Below are positions 1-13,680 of a DNA stretch of 64,000 nt, piece by piece. Numbering within the stretch: the stretch's first letter is position 1; the number at the start of each line of letters is the position of its first letter. The DNA comes from Chiloscyllium plagiosum. Taxonomy: Eukaryota. The position numbers and the translations under genes are program-made. Under the pieces are notes generated by a model. That model did no database searches and was not told the DNA's origin. It worked only from the letters and a program-made list of their open reading frames with translations. Location of the stretch: NCBI RefSeq assembly GCF_004010195.1, contig NC_057711.1, positions 70,294,992 through 70,358,991 on the forward strand. Reading direction: 5' to 3'.

Positions 1-96
1 CTCAGCAATGCTTATGGAGTCCAAACAAACTGTAAATGAGGAGATGGATGTAAAGAAAAACACAATTTGCTGTTTCATTACTATTTTACGAATTAT

Positions 97-362
97 TTAA
101 AATTATAAAAATTTATAAAATCCAGACATTTAAAAACTGGAATGTAAATTGATTGGCTATGAAGACACGGTGGGGCACGGTGGCACAGTGGTTAGCACTG
201 CTGCCTCACAGCGCCAGAGACCCGGGTTCAATTCCCGCCTCAGGCGACTGACTGTGTGGAGTTTGCACGTTCTCCCCGTGTCTGCGTGGGTTTCCTCCGG
301 GTGCTCCGGTTAAAATTATAAAAATTTATAAAATCCAGACATTTAAAAACTGGAATGTAAAT
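97..362 (+). repeat. Perfect 53-bp direct repeat (97-149 and 310-362) flanking the SINE fragment
   Basis: ttaaaattataaaaatttataaaatccagacatttaaaaactggaatgtaaat occurs twice. Confidence 0.95.
172..311 (+). mobile_element. HE1-type (V-SINE) tRNA-derived SINE, 3'-truncated
   Basis: A box TGGCACAGTGG, B box GGTTCAATTCC, then the V-domain tgtgtggagtttgcacgttctccccgtgtctgcgtgggtttcctccgggtgctccggtt. Confidence 0.9.
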
Positions 363-527
363 CAATATATAGCACTATTTATATTTGAATCTGTATAATT
401 TTAAAACTTAATGAGAATAGTGAACTCTGTGACTGTGCTGGAGCAAATAACAAAGAGATTGTTTAAAGTTTTTAAGAAGCATCAATTAAACTTCATGAGA
501 GAGGAGTTTTGGCACATTGATTGGTGT

Positions 528-1376
528 GGAGAAAGTGAGGATTACAGATACTGAAGATCAGAGTCGAAGAGTGTGGTGCTGGAAAAGCATAGCCAGTCAG
601 GCAGCATCCAAGGAGCAGTTGAGCTGACTTTTTCAGCATAAGCTCTTCATCAGGAATGAGGTGGTGGCCCAAGGAGGCTGAGAGACAAATGGGAGAGGGT
701 GGGGCTGGAGGGCAAGGTAGCTGGGAATGCGATAGGTCAATGGAGGTATGGGTGAAGGTGATAGGTTAGAGAGGAGGGTGGAGCAGATAGGTAGGTAGGA
801 AGGAAGGACAGGTAGGACAGTTCAAGAGGATGGTGCTGAGTTGAAAGGTTGGATCTGGGATAAGGTGAGGGGAGGGGAAATGAGGAAACTGGTGAAGTCC
901 ATATTGATCCCGTGTGGTTGGAGGGTCCTCCTGGCCCCATCTGCATTTTAGAGAGACCATTCCCTCACGACTCTCTTATTAGGTCCACACCCCCACTAAC
1001 CCACTCTCCCCTCCCAGCACTTTACATTGCCACAAGAAGTGCAAAACCTGTGCCCACACACACCTCCTCACTTTTGTCCAAAGCCCCAAAGGCTCCTTCC
1101 ACATCTGCCAGAGATTTACATGCATTTCCACACATGTCATCTACTGTGCCTGTTGCTCTCGATGGAATCTCCTCCACACTGGGGAAACGGTGCCAACTTG
1201 CAGAATATGTCACAGAACATCTCTGGGTCACACGCACTAAACAACTCACCACCTTGTGGCTGAACACTTTAACTCCTCCCATTCCGCCAATGACATGCAA
1301 GTCCCGGGCCTCCTGCACTGCCAGACTTTAGCCACCCAATGCCTGGGGGAGGAGCGCCTCATGTTCTGCCTTAGGA
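528..1376. mobile_element. Penelope-like element remnant with inverted arrangement (about 528-930 minus, 930-1376 plus)
   Basis: Left part is the reverse complement of the PLE 3' tail seen at 18330-18667. Right part is decayed GIY-YIG-region sequence homologous to 17990-18340. Confidence 0.8.
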
Positions 1377-1394
1377 TCGCCACTGGGTCAAAAT

Positions 1395-1790
1395 TCTGAA
1401 GGAATGGTGATAATATTTTCAAGTCAGAAAAAGGAGTTGTTTGGAGGAAGTTGCAGGTCTTCCCGTGTATCTGCTAATCTTGTTCTTCTAGATAGAAGTG
1501 TTTGTGGGTTTGGAAGGTGCTGACTAAGTGAATTTATATAGTGCATCTTGTAGATGGTGCACACTACTGCTACTGAGTCTTGGTGGTGGAGGGATTGAAT
1601 GTTTGCGAACGTGGTGCCAATCAAGCAGACTGCTTTGTTCTGGATGACTCAAGCTTCTTGAGTATTATTGGAGCGAGACCCATCCAGTGGAAATGAGGAA
1701 TATTCCATCAAACACCCGACCTGTGCCTTGTGGATGGGCTTTGCGGAGTCAGGAATTGAGTTGTAGGTTTCCAAGTCTCTGACGCTGTGC
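1395..1790 (-). mobile_element. LINE 3' fragment (non-LTR, clade not determined)
   Basis: Minus frame IQSLHHQDSVAVVCTIYKMH. Homologous pieces occur at 26330-26910 (+) and 31130-31709/35376-35590 (-). Confidence 0.7.
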
Positions 1791-3000
1791 ACTGCCTGCT
1801 ATCTACTTGCTCATATACAATTAACATAATGGTAAACTTGTGAGTTTTTTGGTTAAAGCTGAATGTTTGTAGGTTTCAATCCCTATCAAGAACAGTTTAT
1901 AAAAGTCATCAGGATCAGAAGGAAAATACTGATGAAAGCAATTCAACTTGGATTGACCAATCTATTGCAGGAAATACCCAGCTGTTTGTTTTTTTGTAAA
2001 AATTGATATGTGGGCTCCAATCTTCCCTGGGGAATGCCAGAGGCTGGTTGCTTCTTCCCATGGTGTTCTTGCAGTGCCCGACATTCATTTCTGGCATGGA
2101 TGGGATTGCTAGAACCATCGGCTCAATCCACGTGACCAATAAATCTTGAAAAGGAGACTTTGTCCCTTCTGAGGGGTGAATCTCTGACCCTCACCTTGAT
2201 AAAGCTGCCTGGATTGTGTTTCAGCTGTGGGATGGCCTTGTTTAAAGTCAGTAATTTTTTTAAACTGAGGTGGCCAACAGTACAATGTAAACATTCAACT
2301 CCCTTAAAGTTCAGCCTCAAGTATATAATTGCTATGTGATGCTTCTGGATATGTCTCCCAAATATGTCTCTTTTCCCCACTTACATTTGTGGCCCAAGCT
2401 TTGGTGTCCGGTCATATATTTATGTAGCATTTGAGATCTGCTATGTAAGTTGTTTAATTCCATCCATATCAATAAAAATTCTTTTTCAGTAACTTCATTT
2501 TGAGTCCACATGTCCCCAACTACTTCAGGCTTCATAACTAAATCTTTTGTTGCTAGTGGTCAATTTGGTGCCAGAGATCAATTTATCGTGCAAGTTATTC
2601 CAGGATGTGGTTTTCAAGTACTCTGCAACACTCAACTGGATTATTTTATTCATCCTCAGGTTGCCAACAGATTCACCCAGTGGGAATACTGTCAACTAGT
2701 ATCCACATGGTTTGAAGGATTAAAAGATTGTGAATCAACTGTTACAAATTTACCAGGAAATAATGTAACCCGATTACGTTTTTGGTAGTTAAACAGATGA
2801 CATGTTCTGCAAAATAACACTTTGATTTAAGTCATTTGTTTATTAAATCAAAAACCAATTCAATTAAATCACAAAAGTTGCATTAAAAATTTGCAGTTCA
2901 AGTTCTGATCCATAATGTTAAATAGAATCAAATTTCATGGAGAATGGTAAGTAGAAAACCAATACTACCACATAGGACCAGAGCTTTTTCTTTGCAGGAG

Positions 3001-3017
3001 CAGCGCCCTCTGCTGCT
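3001..3017 (-). promoter_or_regulatory. Candidate CTCF-binding motif
   Basis: Minus strand AGCAGCAGAGGGCGCTG closely fits the CTCF core CCAGCAGRGGGCGC. It is an isolated GC/CpG-containing motif in AT-rich unique DNA 3' of CEP120. Confidence 0.45.
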
Positions 3018-3237
3018 AACAAATCCATCATTTGTGCCAAGGAGATTCAAATAGCAGGTTGATTTCTTGCAAACCGTACTGATTAGTTACATATTCAGAT
3101 TTCACTGCACGGACTTTCCTATTCCAATGGAATAAATATTAGTTATGATATTGTACAACAGGTTTTGTTTTTATTTTACTGGGAGGAACAGAACAATCCT
3201 AAACTTCTTATGCAATGCTGTCAGCCGTTTACCTCCA

Positions 3238-3383
3238 ACACTGCTTTAAGGTTAAGTGGACCATACAGCTCCTTGACCATTTAATATTATCATGGTTGAT
3301 ACAATCCTGACACTGCCCTAAGGTTAAGTGGGCCATACAGCTCCTTGAACATTTAATATTATTATGGTTGATATGATCCTGAC
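3238..3383. repeat. Tandem duplication, 2 x 72 bp
   Basis: acactgc..taaggttaagtgg.ccatacagctccttga.catttaatattat.atggttgata..atcctgac starts at 3238 and again at 3310. Confidence 0.92.
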
Positions 3384-5202
3384 TTTAATGTCATTTTCCC
3401 ATCATTCCCCATTACCTTTGATAGTTACATCTATCCAATATATTTAACAATTCATCTCAGTAACTTTGGTCAAGAATTTGAAGATTCAGGATTCTTTAAA
3501 AAAAAAAATCAATGCCATCTTAAAATGGGTAATAATCCCGATTTTAAAACCTTACCTTCTATTTTAAGCACCCCCTACCCAGAGAGCGGAACATCCTCAG
3601 TATTGACTTTGTCAAGTCTCCTCAGAACCAAATATTTCAAAATATCTTGTCAATTTTCTTCAGTCTAATAGACCCAATTTTTCTTCATAAGGGCAGACTC
3701 AAAATCACCCAAATAAACCTTCGCTAAATTGTTTCCAGCACAAGTATATTCTTCCTTAATTAAGAGCAAAACTGTACACAGTACACTAGGTCTGTTCACC
3801 ACCACCCTGTACAGCAAGACCTTTCTTTTTGTATTTTATTACCTTTTACAATATATGTCAACATCCAATAGGGTTCCATATTTTCCAAAGTACAGTTGCT
3901 GGGCTGTGTATAATTTATAGTTTTCTGCTTTGTCTCCTTTACATGAACATGGATGCTACAGCCGCAGTTTTCTAATTGACTGGGACCTTTCTAGAACTTC
4001 TGCCAGTAATACTCCCTTCACCAACTTAAGCAATCTTAATTAGAATATATATTCTCAAGAATCAGGAAATTTTATACAATGTAGACACATGAAGTTCCTT
4101 TACGTCTAACATGAGAACATAAGAAATAGGAGTAAACTACATGGCCCTTGAATCCCACTTTACCATTCATAATTACTGTAGTATCTAGGGCCTAATCTCC
4201 ACTTTCTTTCTCAATCTCTTAATAATAAATGATTCAAAATGGGGAGAAAAAAGCAGCTTAAAATAAATTATTGTTTGACTATCAATTATAGCAAGTGTGT
4301 TCGGGTTTGCTGAGCTGAAGTCATAACCTGAATATATTTGTGCACAGAAAACAACTATGATACTGACTAATACTTGGTTTGTCCACGTATACCTTCTCTG
4401 CATTCCAGATATTTTCCAAAAAACATTCTTTGAAATCTTCAAACTGAAGGACTTGGAATAAGATTTACAGTGATGCAGTAGGTCAATACCTCTATAAATG
4501 CTTGTTAATACATAAATTTCAACATTGGAAAATAAATTTTATTAAGAGATATATATATATTCCTCATCTACTTATTTAAAACTTCAGACAACACATTTTA
4601 AAAAGCCAAACTTAGTGCAATTTTTCCACATCTGTGTGTTACTTAAACAAGAGTTGGTGAATTAAGATTTTTAAAATTAGTCTGACAAAACATTTTACAA
4701 AATCATGTAAATAACATCAACTGACTAAATGAGCAAAAGCACTTAATTAAAACCTTTGAAGTGAAATAATTTCAGAATATTTAAAGTAATACAGGTGCAT
4801 TCTCCTCTGAAAGTGAGCAGAAAGCAATACTTGTGACTATTAAATCCTGTAAAACCTCTTCAGCCAGCCTATAGAACTGCGTTGATACTGATTTGGCATC
4901 TTTTGCATGGTAAATACTCATTCTAAAAAGTTGCAATTAAATTATTTTCTACTTAGCTTAACTGCAAAATGCAAATTTTTGTCACGTTTGACACAAGTAC
5001 ACTTAGTCAGATTTTTACTCTGAGAGTTGCACTGTAATTACTTTGACAGAATGGCATGTTTCAAGTCACAATAATAAAAAATAAATTAAAACCAAACTGG
5101 TTGAGTATATTAACCATATAGTATATGTGGAATAAAGGACTTTTAGATATGTTTGCTAAGGCAGCTAGGTTCTCAATGAACATGATTTTAAAAAATGGAT
5201 TA

Positions 5203-5335
5203 TTTATTTGATATTGATTTTTTTAAAATGCCATTCAAATAATTTCAGATTCCCAACAGAAGATCGTATTAAAACATGTCCTCTGTACAGTTCCAAAATT
5301 TTGCATATACCGCAATCGCAGGTAGTGAATTTATT
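5203..5335 (-). terminator. Candidate CEP120 polyadenylation signals (AATAAA at 5335-5330 and 5208-5203)
   Basis: AATAAA hexamers about 0.5-0.65 kb downstream of the stop codon. The region is AT-rich, so these could be chance matches. Confidence 0.3.
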
Positions 5336-5837
5336 GCTCTATACAAAGCAGAAACCTCCTGATATCTCCACATTCTATGGCCCTTTCAAAAAATTTTTTT
5401 TAGCTCAGCTATCGTTTTTACCATGAGGCGCTATTGTCATATCTGTTCTTCTTGATAGCTGATTTCCCTGCATGTACGGCATCAGCTTATCAGTTTAGTG
5501 ATACTATCAAAGAAAAAAATGCATAAAATTTAATTGGGTATTTAATGAATTTGAGTGGGGTTTACTCTCAAAAATAGCTATTTATAGACCCATATTAAAA
5601 ACATCACACATCAATAGAAGTAGCTGTACAAAGAATGAACAGAAATTTTGTTTCAAGATAATTTTTCAAAAACCTATTAGTTGTATAAAAGTCAATGTAA
5701 ACTCTATCAAATATGAAAATATGAAATATACACAAAATTTACACTAAGTTTCTATCAAAGGTATGATTGGTGAAATGGTAGATGATTTTGTGGTTGTCTT
5801 GTTACATGCCACATAAACATTCAGTGACATATTATTT

Positions 5838-6072
5838 TCATCTCTGACCACCTCTTTTTATCATAACTTCACGGATTTGTTTGTCAAGCTCACTGATAAT
5901 CCGATCCTCGTGAGTGTATACCCCTGTCCTTAGTAAAGTGTCCCTCTCCTCTATGAGCCGAGCAAGGTAGTTGTCCAAAGCCTCATCTGGACGTTGAACA
6001 TGATCTCCAGCCTCCCTTCCAACTGCAGGAGCACGCTGATCTGAAGCTTCTTTGACTTCTTGTAGCTTTAAC
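5838..6072 (-). CDS. CEP120: CEP120 last coding exon (235 bp including TGA)
   Basis: tttatcag|GTTAAAG. Peptide ...[49 protein letters not shown] matches the recalled CEP120 C-terminus. Confidence 0.96.
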
Positions 6073-6979
6073 CTGATAAAAATATAAAATTTCTATTATT
6101 CATGTCTTTTAAAAAATTTACGTTCTAATAGTACTTCCTGTGAAACAAGCAAATATTTCAGATTCCTTAAACCATGAAATAAAAAGAATTAAAAATGGAA
6201 TGAGAGGTGCAATGATTCAGTGGAGGTGAAATATCATCACACAATGTCTTCTAGTTGTGAATTATAGATGAATGTTTATCTTTCATTGAGTTTTGATCTT
6301 TGCTGCAGCCCTGTGAGGAATGTTAGATGTGGGTGAGAAGGGGAACTACCATCACTTGTCATATATATATAGCTTTCAGCTTCACAGTCATGTTACGGGT
6401 ACATTAGCAAAGAACAAATCGAGGTTAAGAACAGGCAGAAATGGTGCTAGGCCTCTTTCAACAATGTCACAAAGCCTCAAGGCTATCTACTAACTTAAAA
6501 TGCAAAACATTCCTTCATCAAAATATTCTGAGAAAAAGTAAGATTATGGAAAAATAATAGGAGCATTTCAATGACACATTCAAGGTCACAAATTCACAAA
6601 TGGGAACGCTATCAAAGGTAAGTGCCTTTGATGCCATCACAACGTCCGACAGAATCGGAAAATCTGAGTTTAGCACTCACTGAATCTAAAATGTGGAACA
6701 TGCTGGAAAGACTGGCATGTAAAACAAATTTCTCTGTTCAAATCGTATGAGCGCAAGTTACTAATATAAGAACACGCAGCATGGACTGGTTGGAGCAAAG
6801 GGTCTGTCTCTGTGCTGGATGACTCTATGACTCCATGAGGTAGAATAGATTATTTCACCTGCTTCGCCATTCAATACAATCATGGCTGACCTTGGGCTTC
6901 AGCTCCAGTTTTCCAATATGCGTAAAGCCAACAACTTAACTTTTGCTCAAGCTTTCCAGATACCTTACGCTTCCAAGGT

Positions 6980-8640
6980 AATCATAGAGACGTACAACAT
7001 GGAAACAGACTTTTTGGTCCAACTAATCGATGTCAAACTAAACTAGTCCCACCTGCCTGCGCTTGGCCCATATCCCTCCAAACCTTTCCTATTCACATAC
7101 TTATCCAAATATCTTTTAAATGTTGTAACTGTACTTGCATTCTCAACTTCCTCTGGCAGTTCATTCCACACAGAAACTATCTATGTGAAAAAAAGTTGGC
7201 CCTCATGTCCTTGTTAAAACATTCTCCTCTCACCTTAAAATATTTTCTCTAGTTTGAACTCCCCCACCACCCTAGGGAAAAAGACCCTTGCTGTTCTCCC
7301 TATTTCTGCACAAGGTTTTATAAACCTCTATTAGATCACCCTTCAATCTCCTAAACTCCAGTGAAAAAAGTCCCAGCTTATTTTTATAACTCAAACCCTC
7401 CATTTCCAGCAACATCCTGGTAAATCTCTTCTGAACCCTCTCCAATTTAATAATGTCCTTCCTATACCAGGGTGACCAGAACTGCACATACTACTCCAGT
7501 ACAGGCCTCACCAACATCCTGTACAACCTCATAATGACATTCTAACTCCTATACTCCAAAGTCTGAGCAATGAAGGCAAGTGTGCTAAACACCTTCTTAA
7601 CCATCCTGCCTACCTGTGATGCAAATTTCAAAGAAATATGTACCTGAAACCGTAGGTCTTGTTGTTCTCCAACATTATCCAAGGCACCAGCATAAATTGC
7701 ATAAGTCCTGCCCTTATTTGTTTTACCAAAATGCAATACCACACATTCATTGAAATTAAACTCTCTCTGCCACTCCTCAGAGCATTCACCAAATTGATCC
7801 AGATCTCTTTATAATCTTCAATAACCTTCTTCACTGTCCATTATACCACCAATCTTGGTGTTATCTGCAAACTTACTAATCACGCGTCTTATATTCTCAT
7901 CTAAATCATTTATATAAATGACAAACAAAAGTGAATCCAGTACTGATTCTTCTGGAACATTGCTGGTTACAGGCCACCAGACCAAAAAACAACCCTCCAC
8001 CACCACTCTCTATCTCCTACCATAGAGCCAACTTTGTATCCAATTGGCAAGGTCACCCTGAATCCCATGTGATTTAACTTTATTAATTAATGTACCATGT
8101 CAAACTTTGTCAAAGGCTTTAAAAGTTCATGTAAACAACATCTACCACTCTATTCTCATCAATCTTTTTGGTTAATCAAAAAAGCAGAATCAAGTTTGTG
8201 TGGCCTAATTTTCCTCATGCAAAACCATGTTGACTATCCCTAAATCAGTCCTTGCCTCTCAATGCATGTAAATCCAATCTTTCAGAATCACCTCCAACAA
8301 CTTACCCACCACCGATGTCAAGCTCACAGGTCTATAGTTGCCAGGCTTCTCCTTAAAGCATTTCTTAAATACAGGCAGAATATTAGTCACCCTCCAGCAC
8401 TTCATCTGTGGTTATAGATGATTCAAATATTTCTGCTAGGGGCTCTGCAATTTATTCCCTAACTTCCTGGATACACTTGGTCACGTTCAGAGATTTGTCC
8501 ACCTTAATGTTTTCTAAGACTTCCAGCACTACTTCTTCTGTAATGTGAACTGGCTTTCAAAACATAAGTATTTATTTTCCTGAATTCTCTAACCTCCATT
8601 TGTTTCTCCAGAGTAAAAACTGGTTTTAAGAGTTAATTTA
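6980..8640 (-). mobile_element. CR1-clade (HER-type) LINE, 5'-truncated, decayed RT and 3' UTR
   Basis: Minus frames LLFVIYINDLDEN..ISKFADNTKIGG, VLHFGKTN and QFWSPWYRKDIIKLERVQKRFTRML. Confidence 0.92.
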
Positions 8641-8849
8641 GTATCTCTATTTCAAACTCATGCTTGAAATGCAGCAGTCATATGAGTTCCCTTCCCTCAA
8701 TATCCTAATTGAGAACTCGGCCTAGGCATTCTGCATCACTGCTATTGCAAACCTACCTAGTCAGTATTCATGCTAGTATTCCTGCAGTTTCACATGCTAC
8801 AAGATTAACCTCATCAGCAGCCTTGTTAATAGGGCTCTGAGCCATTTGT

Positions 8850-9720
8850 TCATTGTTTAAACTTGCTGCTGAAATAGGGAGTATCAAAGCCTGCAGGATA
8901 GCGTAATCAGATAATCTCTCACTGTACATTATAATATATCTTGATTCTGAACAGTGTCCAGTATCTCTCTGATTAACCTACACATGTGAACCTAGATATT
9001 TCACGTGGCCAATAGCACAAACATGGTATTTGTTACAAATAGGTGTTTGTGTCAAGCCAAAAAGACCTCCTGCAAGTCACACAAACGAGTGACATAGTAT
9101 ATGAAGTTTGGTGATGTGTGGCCATATATGCCAAAGAATGAGTGATAACATTAAACAGCATTTCCCTTCGACTGTCCACAACAAGAAAGGTAGTGGTAAT
9201 ACCCATACAATCCATGCTTGCAAAACTCACAACAAAGTCCAACAATAGGTCAGGATTTGCTGAACAATTGAGTGTGTGGTGTATTACACGGACAACCATT
9301 TAGTATCACCAAGTTCACAGTGGGCTGCTTATGTGTACTGGAAGCTATGTGTATAAATATACAAACCCTGTTCTTTACAAAAAGAACATGTGTGCACACT
9401 GTACCTGTTTCAACTCAATAAAATGAAGCAATATTCTCTGCTTCATTTCCCAGGGCAATTCAGTGACCAATCAGAACCAATCTGACTGATTTGAAATTTA
9501 AACAAAGCCTGGAAGTTAATTGTCAATCATTACTAACTAGTGGATACTCCATGATACTATCAGAGTCTACTTGTCAAGCAGTGCTTTCCTCTCATAAAAC
9601 AAAAATGTTGGTTTTCTCTTCAAATTAGTATTTCTTGTGAAATGTCCTGATGAATGCAAGATAAAAAACAAAGAAAAAACATGTTTCCTTAAAACAATAC
9701 TCAAGTTCTGTAGTGCCAAA
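8850..9720 (+). mobile_element. Decayed Penelope-like element 3' part (second family)
   Basis: Frameshifted endonuclease C-terminal-like text (LEAMCI..NPVL..KEH..LYLF at ~9339-9410), followed by a tail with CTGATGA at ~9646. Confidence 0.5.
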
Positions 9721-9880
9721 TGATTATTTTTCGAACCAATTCACCCCAAATATTGCGCTTATTGCTAAGGCTTATGAATATGGTTCTCTTTTCATATCAT
9801 GCACATATATCAAATGTTTAACATTTTTATCTTAAGCTTAAAATTAGGTAATTACGTGGCATTTCTCCACTTTCTGGTAC

Positions 9881-10026
9881 CTGTTCAATTCATTCCTAAT
9901 TTCTGCCAATTCTTCTCGTTCTGTTTTAACTACTTCTTTCTCCTCAGCTGCCAGGTAACGCAACCTCATATGTTCCAGTTCTTGTTGCTGTTTCTTAAGT
10001 CGTGCCATAGCATTTTCTTGCTCACG
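9881..10026 (-). CDS. CEP120: CEP120 exon, 146 bp
   Basis: tattgtag|CGTGAG...GAACAG|gtacca. Peptide [48 protein letters not shown](R). Confidence 0.96.
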
Positions 10027-10782
10027 CTACAATAAAATACATTAAAATAAAATTGCAATCAGTGAATTACTTTCCAGACTCAATTACTAACAGCTTATGA
10101 ATGACATTTAAATTTATTCAACTAACTTTTCATTGATAATTCAAGAACTTTGCATTTTTATCTGATTTACCGCTCAAGTATATTGAAGAGTGTGAAGCTC
10201 CTATAATGAATTTGACATTTAAACTTATTATTTTAACTGATATTTTCTGATTCCGACTCTGTACTTATTAATGATTCAAATTGATTGTTGAGTAGATGCA
10301 GAGTTGCTTGTCTATTTACACATTAACCTGTAAGCCCTCTACAGGATCCTGTAATTTTGACTGGTCAACTGATTGAAACTTTCAGTGTAAAAGCTCATAG
10401 GAAATCTAACAACACTCATAGCATAATCCAGCCATGTACAGTAATCCTGAAGCAGATTCTTAAGTAGAAGTCTACTTGCACTCCAAACAAGAGTAAATCA
10501 AGTTGCAAAGTTATTTCATAATTAGAACGGAAACTAAATCTAAGAAAATTCTCCTGCCTCTAAAATAGTAAAGCTACTTTGTAACGTGTTTCCCTCCTGA
10601 CTACAGCTCATGGGGACGAAGGGCCAGGTCTATGTTAAATCATTTAAGGATAATTTAACATCTGTCTATTGACAAAGTTTGCACAGTATTAGTTTCAAAT
10701 TTTGGTTTTGTATTGAAAATGGTTCTTACAAATATTTGATCAAACAGCATGATAGTAATGATATGCCTGTTGTAAAACATGA

Positions 10783-10915
10783 TTTGGAGACGCCAGTGTT
10801 GGACTGGGGTGTACAAATTTAAAAACCACCTGATCAAGGAGCAGCGCTTCGAAAGTTAGTGCTTCCAAGTAAACCTGTTGGACTATAACCCGGTGTTGTA
10901 TGATTTTTAACCCTG
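10783..10915. mobile_element. Short PLE tail remnant with an inverted segment and a degenerate hammerhead motif
   Basis: cctgatcaaggagcagcgcttcgaaag...acctgttggactataacc. The latter is the reverse complement of the PLE tail at 28424-28445. Confidence 0.7.
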
Positions 10916-13244
10916 TTGGAAAACTACCTGATCTCTTCAGAACATGAATATTAACCAGTGAAATAATTCTCTATGAGGATGATAAAAAAAAGTAGGGAGA
11001 CACAAGTCTACATTCTTAGCGCTATGTAACTTCGGTAGTATGAAAGACAGGTTTGTGATAAGCATAAAGGGTTCTACAAGTTCAGGTGATTCTCCATCTG
11101 GTGTATGCTTGCTATTGTCCATGAGTTTGGCATTAAATGCTCAGTTCTAGTACTGTATTGTTTTTATTCTCTGTCATAATATCCCTGTCTGTATATTAAT
11201 GTGTTTATTAATATTTTCTGAAAACAATATTTTTGTTTATATACATGTTCACACTTCTGTTACCAGAAGAAATAAAATTTAATTAATGTGAAATAATTGT
11301 GTTCAATTTGTTTGTTTTAATATTCTGAGCTCTGGCTTGGCACCTTTTGAATGGCATCATCAAAACATAGTCTCATCATGTGGATCTCATGAACTAGGCT
11401 GTAGTACAGTCCCAGTATAATATTTATCTGAACTACTTTGAAATGGAGCATTAGAGTTCAGCAACTTATCAAAACAGGCAAAATGTGATCTCAGTACTGT
11501 GTTTGTTCTGATTCCAACACAAATAAAACATTTATAAATCTTTAGCCCACCATTTCATATAGTGGCAATCCTTAAGCAAAAAACTGTTAACCACATCATA
11601 ATTTATTTACATATGTTGACAACCAAAAAACATCATAAACGTACACCATATTTCATAACCTTTCAAGTGGTCTCACAGTGGGGGCAGCCAAGCTATTTGA
11701 GACAATAAGCAAAGACTGTTTTTTAATAATTAAGATTAAATTCATTCCAAAATATATTGGAAATGATATGTAACTGATGTAGGAAGACATCTTAGTGTCA
11801 GAGACTAACAATTTAAATGTTTCATCACTTAGTTTTGATGTTATTGAATGCATAAACTCCCAAGTAAATGATCTGCCAGTACAGCACATAAAACAATACT
11901 TTTCACTGTATCTTGGTACATGCAACAACAATAAATCAATTAATCACTTAAAATACAGTACATCACTAAAACAGAAAGAACAGAATTCTCTTTTGCAAGT
12001 GTCACTGTTAAGAGGTCTCTCTACCAAGTAAATAAGCATCTTTACTTGGCAGTACTGCTCATAAATCTGAAGAGTTGTTGTAAACATACAGCCATTAGAC
12101 TAAACAATAGTCAATCGCTGGTCATTGCACACTGGTTGCTAAGCTATAGCACAAGCCTTTGGCAGATACTGAAGAATGCAACAAGAGTGGTTTTCTGAAA
12201 ATAACCCAGAGTTGTCAAGCGTATAAAACAACCTGGATGACTTCAAGATTTGTTTTTTTTTGCATATAACTGCTTCATTTTCAGAAAAATTTACAACAAA
12301 TCTTTAACCAATTTTTTCTTAAATAAATCAATTTAGAGAAAAAAAATGCTGAAAGGTTGAGAAGAATGCAACGGGAACAGGAGTTCTTAGAACTGACAAG
12401 AGTTTCCAGTAAAGAATATCTTTAGCTTTCAGAGATCACTGTTTGCACATATTCTTTAAATACTCCAGCAAAAACAATATTAACACACAAAATGAACACA
12501 GACAATATAATCAGAATAAATGTTACTTGTTGCATAAATTGTTATTGCAAACTTAAAGTTGGATCAAGTATGGCTGCACATTGATGGTCTGTGTAAAAAC
12601 CTCAAAAGGATACATCATGTTCTGTCTAAAGTAGACTACAGCTGGATGTTATCATTAACATTTTATTAGGGAGTTTTGAGATTTCCTTCTGCGTGCAATA
12701 GGTTATGGAAAAGCTTTGACAGAACTCCACAAAGATTTTGGAGCTAAGACATAAACTGAGATTTTAGACCTACCGGGATTCAGTAAGACTTTAATCAAGT
12801 TTTGACATTTATTCTGTGAAATAATTAAGTTTAATCATAAAACTTGAGAGCACATGCCAATTGTGGTTCCTGCAGCTGAAGATATCCTCATATTTAAGCA
12901 AAAATATGCAACAAAAAAAAAGTTTTGGGGGCAGTCTTGATCCAGAAAACTCCTGCCTATATGCTGTACATGATGCAGAGTGATGTGGGTTCAATGTGGG
13001 TTCAGTTCGCACATCAGCGAAGATCTCCCCTTTTGCAACATCTCCTGAGGAATGGTGACCCTCAGGTTGAAATCACCACCAGTCATATTTCTCTAAACAG
13101 AGTGCAGCTTTATAATTGTCTGGGACTATGGCAACTTTACTTTATACTAACGTACCGTCTGCAGCGTTACAATCATGAGGTAAATATTCTTCTTACAAAC
13201 AAGATGATGACAATGTTGGCAATTTGCTCTACAAATCCATCAAA

Positions 13245-13680
13245 TCCCCGATGAAGGAGCAGTGCTCCGAAAGCTTCCTTCATCAAAAACCCTTGGGGCA
13301 AGCTGGTTTTTGGATTTTGGAATAAGTGACCATTACATGGTGAAATAAAAAAAATACCAAACAGCAGGCGCACCAGTGAGTACTACGAGTGCTGAGACAG
13401 AACTGACATCTGCCAGAGCTGGGCCATGCCGCCATGTCACATTTCAGTGACGTGGGTCGAGTGGGTGTGGAGTTGGGTTAACTGTTTGCATGCCAAACAA
13501 CGTTGTTATGAGAAAAAAACTTCACGAAGAAAACTTCAGATTTCGGAGCTTTTCGGATTTCGGATATAGAATTGTCTACCATCCTTCCAAACAAAACTGT
13601 TGAACTATAACCTGGTGTTGTGTGATTTTTAACTTTGTCCACCCTAGTCCAACACTGGCACCTCCACATCATGGCAACCA
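13245..13680 (+). mobile_element. PLE tail (13245-13275 plus 13582-13680) interrupted by a ~300-bp probable DNA-transposon fragment
   Basis: ccgatgaaggagcagtgctccgaaagct resumes as cttccaaacaaaactgttgaactataacctgg after an insert ending in ttcggatttcggatatag...cc. Confidence 0.55.

Noticed and set aside
172..245. tRNA gene (also 40335-40410 and 54645-54710)
   Set aside because: The A/B boxes continue into SINE body sequence, so these are tRNA-derived SINE heads.
1860..2810. Cluster of short ORFs after an acceptor-like site, possibly another gene or an alternative last exon
   Set aside because: All frames hit stops quickly, there is no recognisable homology, and no consistent exon structure.
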